Shown piece by piece: positions 6,442 to 10,586 of a stretch of DNA of 10,586 nucleotides (position 1 is its first letter; each line of letters starts with the position of its first letter). The stretch spans positions 1-10,586 of the forward strand of contig JAYUGC010000141.1 in the NCBI GenBank assembly GCA_043767805.1, written 5' to 3'. The position numbers were made by a program, and so were the translations under genes. The DNA is from Pseudomonadota bacterium. Lineage in GTDB: Bacteria > Bdellovibrionota > FAC87 > UBA2466. A model generated the notes under the pieces. The model searched no databases. It saw only the letters and a program-made list of their open reading frames with translations, and was not told the origin of the DNA.

Positions 6442-6970
6442 TCCGTTTTCCCTTCAGGCTGCGCGCGATCTCTCCGCGGCAATTCGCGCTCACTTCGGAG
6501 ACACGCTCGCGCAGACAGCGCCACGGCGCCGCCCCTTGCGAGGGACAAAGCTTTTCCGTGTCATCGCCACAGACCTTGCGCAAGGTTTTTTCCCTCACGG
6601 CCACTTCCGCCCGGAACGTGCGGCAGTTGAGAGAGACCGCCTTCCCTTTCTCAGTGAGACAACTCCACACTCGCGGATCGGAGGGCTTGAACTGCGAGCA
6701 CAGACGGGCTCTATCGAAAACGCACGGAGCCGCGGCCTGGCGCAAAGTTTCATAGCACCGGCCGTTCAAATCTTTTTCGCCGCGAGCCAGGCAATCCATC
6801 CGCGTGCCGTCTTTCGCCGACCACTTCGCGCAGATTTTTTCCGAGTCCGCGTGGCAGGCCTTTTCCCACGGTGCCACGAACGCGGGTCTCGGGGCGGGCT
6901 TGGGCGGCGGCGCGAAGGAGGCGCAGCTCGTGAACGCAAAGAGACTCAAAAGCGAGAGAGTGAAACGCAT
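6431..6970 (-). CDS. Cysteine-rich repeat lipoprotein (Cys_rich_FGFR/GLG1-like repeats), 179 aa
   Basis: GGAGG SD upstream, lipobox FTS|C16 and a Pro-rich linker. Three repeats of C-x2-D-x3-[IL]-C-x9/12-CL-x10-C (12 Cys, ~6479-6856). Overlaps the next gene by 11 nt. Confidence 0.85.
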   Translation of the reverse strand: MRFTLSLLSLFAFTSCASFAPPPKPAPRPAFVAPWEKACHADSEKICAKWSAKDGTRMDCLARGEKDLNGRCYETLRQAAAPCVFDRARLCSQFKPSDPRVWSCLTEKGKAVSLNCRTFRAEVAVREKTLRKVCGDDTEKLCPSQGAAPWRCLRERVSEVSANCRGEIARSLKGKRNAG

Positions 6971-7010
6971 GGTTCCTCCGGTCAGTCAGCGGATAGGGGG
7001 CTAAAAGGAA

Positions 7011-7016
7011 ATTATA
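7011..7016 (-). promoter_or_regulatory. Candidate -10 element for the lipoprotein operon
   Basis: Perfect TATAAT on the minus strand, 40 nt upstream of the ATG at 6970; no recognisable -35. Confidence 0.4.
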
Positions 7017-7032
7017 GCCTGAGTCGGGTGAT

Positions 7033-7149
7033 TTATCGGGAAGCGGGGCTCACTTCGTGCGGGACGTGGGAAACAGGCTCCATGGCCTGGCTTACGGCCA
7101 AGATGGAGAGCACCAGATCCAGAATCATGACGAAGAGCAACTTCTTCAT
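7033..7149 (-). CDS. Unannotated small protein, 38 aa, with a signal- or TM-like helix
   Basis: MKKLLFVMILDLVLSILAVSQAMEPVSHVPHEVSPASR*. AAGGA SD 6 nt upstream of the ATG, MKK start and hydrophobic core. It fills an otherwise empty gap and is shorter than any ORF in the track. Confidence 0.65.
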   Translation of the reverse strand: MKKLLFVMILDLVLSILAVSQAMEPVSHVPHEVSPASR

Positions 7150-7356
7150 ACGTAGTCCTTGTCGAGCACTTGAAGACGACGGATTTAGCACCCTGCGAAG
7201 TTCGAGGGCAAGAATAAAGTTAAGGAATCTTACTATGAATTATCGAGTTGTTTTCAATAGATAGACCTAATAGTGAAGGAACTTTCACGGAAACCACAAA
7301 ATCTTCACAATTTTTACCTAAACTGAAAGAACCACAATTAGGGAGGATGGGACGTA
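7150..7356. promoter_or_regulatory. AT-rich divergent regulatory region
   Basis: 7211-7340 is about 30% GC by hand count (39/130), clearly below the GC-rich coding background. Contains GTGAA-N6-TTCAC (7273-7288), CACAA repeats and a weak minus-strand TTGCCC-N18-TAAATC (7211-7182). Confidence 0.6.
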
Positions 7357-7611
7357 ATGCGGGAAAGTTGTACGTGTATAGCCCTGCTCATTTGCCTCGG
7401 GTTAGGCCAAACGGCTTTAGCGTTCGAGTTCGACGAGGAAGAAGCCACGGAAGCGTCGAGCTGGACGGAAATCAGCGCACCAAAAAAAGGGGCCACTTGT
7501 TTGGACATGTGCCTTGCGGACGGCGAAGAGCTGTTTGACTGCGAGTACTACTGCATCCAAACCGTGAAGGTCGACCTGAAGGGCCACGGCCAGCGCTGCG
7601 CCCAACGCTAA
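7357..7611 (+). CDS. Small secreted acidic Cys-containing protein, 84 aa
   Basis: GGGAGG SD 10 nt upstream. Signal peptide ending TALA|FE, acidic linker and CLDMC-x9-CEYYC motif. Its stop lies 3 nt from the convergent rnd stop. Confidence 0.7.
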   Translation: MRESCTCIALLICLGLGQTALAFEFDEEEATEASSWTEISAPKKGATCLDMCLADGEELFDCEYYCIQTVKVDLKGHGQRCAQR

Positions 7612-7614
7612 TTA

Positions 7615-8814
7615 CTATTCACCAGCCAAAGGAAACACGCGGACCTGACGGTCCCAAATGGCGAGCCCTTGCTTGCCTTTCAAGAAATCCTCGAGCGCGG
7701 GCCCGATGAGATCGGCCGCTCGCTGACTGAGCACGCCCCGGGCTACCCAGCCCGCGGGGCCTTCCGCTGCGTTTTGCAAAAGGTGGAAGTACTTGTCGCC
7801 GGACATCAGAAAGCGCGGCGCGAGCTGCTCTTTGGACGCGAGCCAGTTGACGTACGCCTTGATAAGATCGACCGCCCTCTCCTCGGCTTCCGTCGGAATG
7901 GGATTGCGCGGGCCCGAGGCCCATACTTTGCCTTCGCCGCTTTTGCCTTGCTGGACGGCGGCGAGAATCGCGTTGCCCTCTTGGGTGACTTCGCGCCGGT
8001 TGAGACCGCGGAAATTGGAAAGCTCGTCCAAGGACTTCGGCTTTACTTTGGCGATGGAGCGCAACGTCTCGTTGTCGGCCACCCAGTTACGCGGCAGGTT
8101 CGCGGTCTTCGCGCGGTTTTCCCGCCACTCGATGAGATGGAGGAGGCACGCGCAGGTTTTCGGATCCATGGACGCGCTCTTGGCCACCCGGCGGGCGATT
8201 TCATCCGCGGGCTCGTCGAAATGCTCGGGTTCGTGCTTACTCTCTTCGAGAGCCCAGTCCACGCGGCCACGGGGCGCGAGCTTTTGCTGAAGCGATTCCC
8301 AAAGCGGAACGAGATAAGCGACGTCCAAGACGGCGTACTCGACGAGCTCTTTCGGAAGCGGGCGATCGAGCCACTTCGCGCGGGCGAGACCCTTGGGCAA
8401 GTTCACTTTCAGCTGATCGCGCAAAAGATTGCCGAGGCCGACGTTATCACCCATGCCGCAAAGGGCGGCGGCCACCGCGGTATCCACCACCGGATCGGCG
8501 AGGCAGTCGTACTCCCAGAACAAACATTCCTGATCGGCGTAGGCCGCGTGCAGAATTTTCAAGACCTTCGGATCGCGAAGCACATCGAGGAAAGGCGCGA
8601 GATCTTCCTTTCGGATCCCCACCGGATCGATGAGCCACGCTTCGTTTCGAGTCGCGACCTGAATGAGCGCGATGGCCGGATAAAAGGTGCGCTCACGGAT
8701 GAACTCCGTGTCAACGGCGATGGCCGGCGCCTCCCGGAGCTTTTCCGAAAGCGCGGCGATTCCCGCTTTGTCACGTATCAACTGGTAGGTCGCTTTGAGA
8801 TCCGGCGGCAACAT
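7615..8814 (-). CDS. rnd: Ribonuclease D (DEDDy 3'-5' exonuclease plus HRDC), 399 aa
   Basis: Motifs AVDTEFIRERTFYP-x-x-ALIQVA, KILHAA-x-x-D, W-x-x-RPL...EYA-x-LDV and an HRDC-type L-x-EWRE-x-x-AK-x-x-NLPRNWV-x-D. Confidence 0.95.
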   Translation of the reverse strand: MLPPDLKATYQLIRDKAGIAALSEKLREAPAIAVDTEFIRERTFYPAIALIQVATRNEAWLIDPVGIRKEDLAPFLDVLRDPKVLKILHAAYADQECLFWEYDCLADPVVDTAVAAALCGMGDNVGLGNLLRDQLKVNLPKGLARAKWLDRPLPKELVEYAVLDVAYLVPLWESLQQKLAPRGRVDWALEESKHEPEHFDEPADEIARRVAKSASMDPKTCACLLHLIEWRENRAKTANLPRNWVADNETLRSIAKVKPKSLDELSNFRGLNRREVTQEGNAILAAVQQGKSGEGKVWASGPRNPIPTEAEERAVDLIKAYVNWLASKEQLAPRFLMSGDKYFHLLQNAAEGPAGWVARGVLSQRAADLIGPALEDFLKGKQGLAIWDRQVRVFPLAGE

Positions 8815-8859
8815 TTGAAGATCACTATCATAGTCCGTTAACTCTATCCACCGCTTGGC

Positions 8860-8889
8860 TTGATGGCCCTAGCTTTCGAGTGATACGTT
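8860..8889 (+). promoter_or_regulatory. Candidate sigma-70 promoter for icmF
   Basis: TTGATG-N18-TACGTT with an extended TG at 8881-8882; the -10 ends 9 nt before the ATG at 8899. Confidence 0.45.
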
Positions 8890-8898
8890 ACAGGGGCA

Positions 8899-10586
8899 AT
8901 GACTGATGAGACCTATGCCCCGCGCCACCGCGTGCGCTTCATAACGGCGGCTTCGCTCTTCGACGGACACGACGCTTCGATTAACATCATGCGTCGCATT
9001 TTGCAGAGCATGGGAGCCGAGGTCATTCACTTGGGCCATAACCGCGGCGCCCAGGAAATCGTCGATGCAGCCCTTCAGGAAGACGCCCAGGCCATCGCCA
9101 TTTCCAGCTATCAGGGCGGTCACGTCGAGTACTTCAAGTACGTGGTCGACCTTCTGAAAGAGGCCAAGGCGTCCCATATCTTGGTCTTTGGGGGCGGGGG
9201 CGGCACCATTACCGCGGCGGAAGCCGTGGAGCTTCAGAAATACGGAGTGGCCCGTCTCTACTCACCCGAAGACGGCCGCAAGATGGGCCTCGGCGGAATT
9301 ATTTCCGACATGGTTCGGCGCGCGGACTACGATCCCCTGTCCCAAGTCGACTGGAAATGCCTGGAGGATCGAGGCTCACTCCGCCGCATGGCCAATGCCC
9401 TCACCTGCGTCGAGCTGGGAGACGGCGCTCTGAAGGGGCCCTACGCTTCCCACCTCAAAGCCTTTGAGGCCATGAAGACGGCTGCCGCCGTGACCGGCAA
9501 AGCGAACCGGGATGCTCACCGCACGACCGTGGTGGGACTCACGGGAACGGGGGGCGCCGGAAAATCGAGTCTCACCGACGAGCTGGCGCTTCGTTTTTTG
9601 CACCGCTTTCCGAAGGCGCGTATCGCCATCGTGGCCACCGATCCAACGAGAAAGAAAACGGGCGGCGCCCTTTTGGGCGATCGCTTGCGCATCAATAGTC
9701 TTAAGAACCCACGCCTCTTCATGCGCTCGCTCGCGACTCGCGAAGCCAATCTCTCTTTGAGCCGGGCCACGCAAGAAGCCGTCGATTGTCTCGCGGCGGA
9801 AGGCTACGATTGGGTTTTGGTCGAGACCGGCGGCATCGGCCAGGCCGACACTTCCATCGTCGATCTCGTCGACATCCGCGTTTACGTCATGACGAGCGAG
9901 TTCGGGGCGCCCACCCAGTTAGAGAAGATTAACATGCTCGATTACGCGGATCTCGTCGTCCTGAACAAGTTCGACAAGGGCGGCTCCCTCGACGCGCTTA
10001 CCGACGTGCGCCGCCAGCTCCGCCGCAATCACCGCGAGCTCGAAAAGCTTCCGTCCGATCGCTACCCGGTTTTTGGATCCATCGCCTCCCGCTTCGCCGA
10101 TCCCGGAGTCGACGCCATCCTGGAACACCTCATCGGCGTGCGCGATAAGCCAAAGAAACTTCAGCTTCTCGACAAGCCCTTCGAGCTGGATAGTCCCATG
10201 GGCACCACCATCGTGCCGCGCACGCGGGTGCAGTACCTTTCGGAAATCACGGAAACGGTGCGCGAGTACCACAGCGGAACGGCAGCCGCGGTCAAGACGG
10301 TGGCCCGCTGGGAAGCCGCTCAAAATTTGAAAGAGGCGCTTTCCGGCGACGCAAAGAATCAAGTCGAGCAGCTCGAGCAGGAAGCCGAGAAAGCTCTCGA
10401 TCCCGAGAGCGCGAAGCTTCTCGCCGAGTGGCCGGAAATCGAAAAGCGGTACCGGCAAGAAAATTACACCTACGACGTCCGAGACAAGAAAGTGTCGTTT
10501 CCGCTCTATAAGACGAGCCTCTCGCAAAATAAGATTCCGCGCATTTCTCTGCCCCGTTTTCACTCTAAAGCCGATCTCTTGAGCTT
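8899..10586 (+). CDS. icmF: Fused isobutyryl-CoA mutase/G-protein chaperone IcmF (partial, runs off the right edge)
   Basis: Manual translation: MTDETYAPRHRVRFITAASLFDGHDASINIMRRILQSMGAEVIHLGHNR (B12-binding domain); MeaB-like GTPase with GLTGTGGAGKSSLTDEL, DPTRKKTGGALLGDRLRIN, VETGGIGQ, SEFGAPTQLEKINMLDYAD and NKFDK; linker YTYDVRDK...SLSQNKIPRISLP. The domain order is diagnostic of IcmF. Not in the ORF track. Confidence 0.95.
   Translation, partial: MTDETYAPRHRVRFITAASLFDGHDASINIMRRILQSMGAEVIHLGHNRGAQEIVDAALQEDAQAIAISSYQGGHVEYFKYVVDLLKEAKASHILVFGGGGGTITAAEAVELQKYGVARLYSPEDGRKMGLGGIISDMVRRADYDPLSQVDWKCLEDRGSLRRMANALTCVELGDGALKGPYASHLKAFEAMKTAAAVTGKANRDAHRTTVVGLTGTGGAGKSSLTDELALRFLHRFPKARIAIVATDPTRKKTGGALLGDRLRINSLKNPRLFMRSLATREANLSLSRATQEAVDCLAAEGYDWVLVETGGIGQADTSIVDLVDIRVYVMTSEFGAPTQLEKINMLDYADLVVLNKFDKGGSLDALTDVRRQLRRNHRELEKLPSDRYPVFGSIASRFADPGVDAILEHLIGVRDKPKKLQLLDKPFELDSPMGTTIVPRTRVQYLSEITETVREYHSGTAAAVKTVARWEAAQNLKEALSGDAKNQVEQLEQEAEKALDPESAKLLAEWPEIEKRYRQENYTYDVRDKKVSFPLYKTSLSQNKIPRISLPRFHSKADLLS

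Noticed and set aside
5509..7264. Long + strand ORFs 5509-6630 and 6338-7264
   Set aside because: Antisense to well-supported lipoprotein genes, with no motifs; long shadow ORFs are expected at high GC.
7273..7288. CRP/FNR site
   Set aside because: GTGA and TCAC are 8 nt apart rather than 6 and the outer T/A bases are missing; kept only as an unassigned palindrome.
7248..7538. 96-aa + strand ORF, including the ATG right after GGGAGG at 7347
   Set aside because: No protein-like features and no SD spacing; the overlapping 84-aa frame has a proper SD distance, a signal peptide and a Cys motif.
7669..8841. 390-aa + strand ORF
   Set aside because: Antisense shadow of rnd.
8869..10563. Short ORFs on both strands suggesting a fragmented region or pseudogene
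   Set aside because: All lie in or against the continuous icmF frame that starts at 8899 and leaves the window.

Overview
GC-rich bacterial chromosomal window with no RNA genes, mobile elements or CRISPR arrays that I can see. Four housekeeping genes are clear: xth (3110-3877), cutA (3874-4188), rnd (7615-8814) and the 5' part of icmF (8899 to the right edge, not in the ORF track). The rest encodes uncharacterised envelope or secreted proteins. The most notable locus is a minus-strand two-gene unit at the left end. Its first gene (1799-3037) is an outer-membrane protein with three 75-aa FlgT-C-like beta repeats and a C-terminal beta-barrel. Two nt later begins a large ORF missing from the ORF track (1796 to beyond the left edge, >598 aa), with a MotB/ZorB-type FWTSYSDL transmembrane anchor followed by >550 aa of proline-free, repeat-built coiled coil. 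A sigma-28-like promoter precedes the unit, and no MotA/ZorA partner gene lies upstream. Other elements are a Cys-repeat lipoprotein / degenerate phytase-like lipoprotein / EI24 operon, a 38-aa unannotated small ORF, a small secreted CX3C-X9-CX3C protein and several candidate leaderless promoters. Gene content suggests a Bdellovibrionota-like organism (inference from recalled similarity, not verified).
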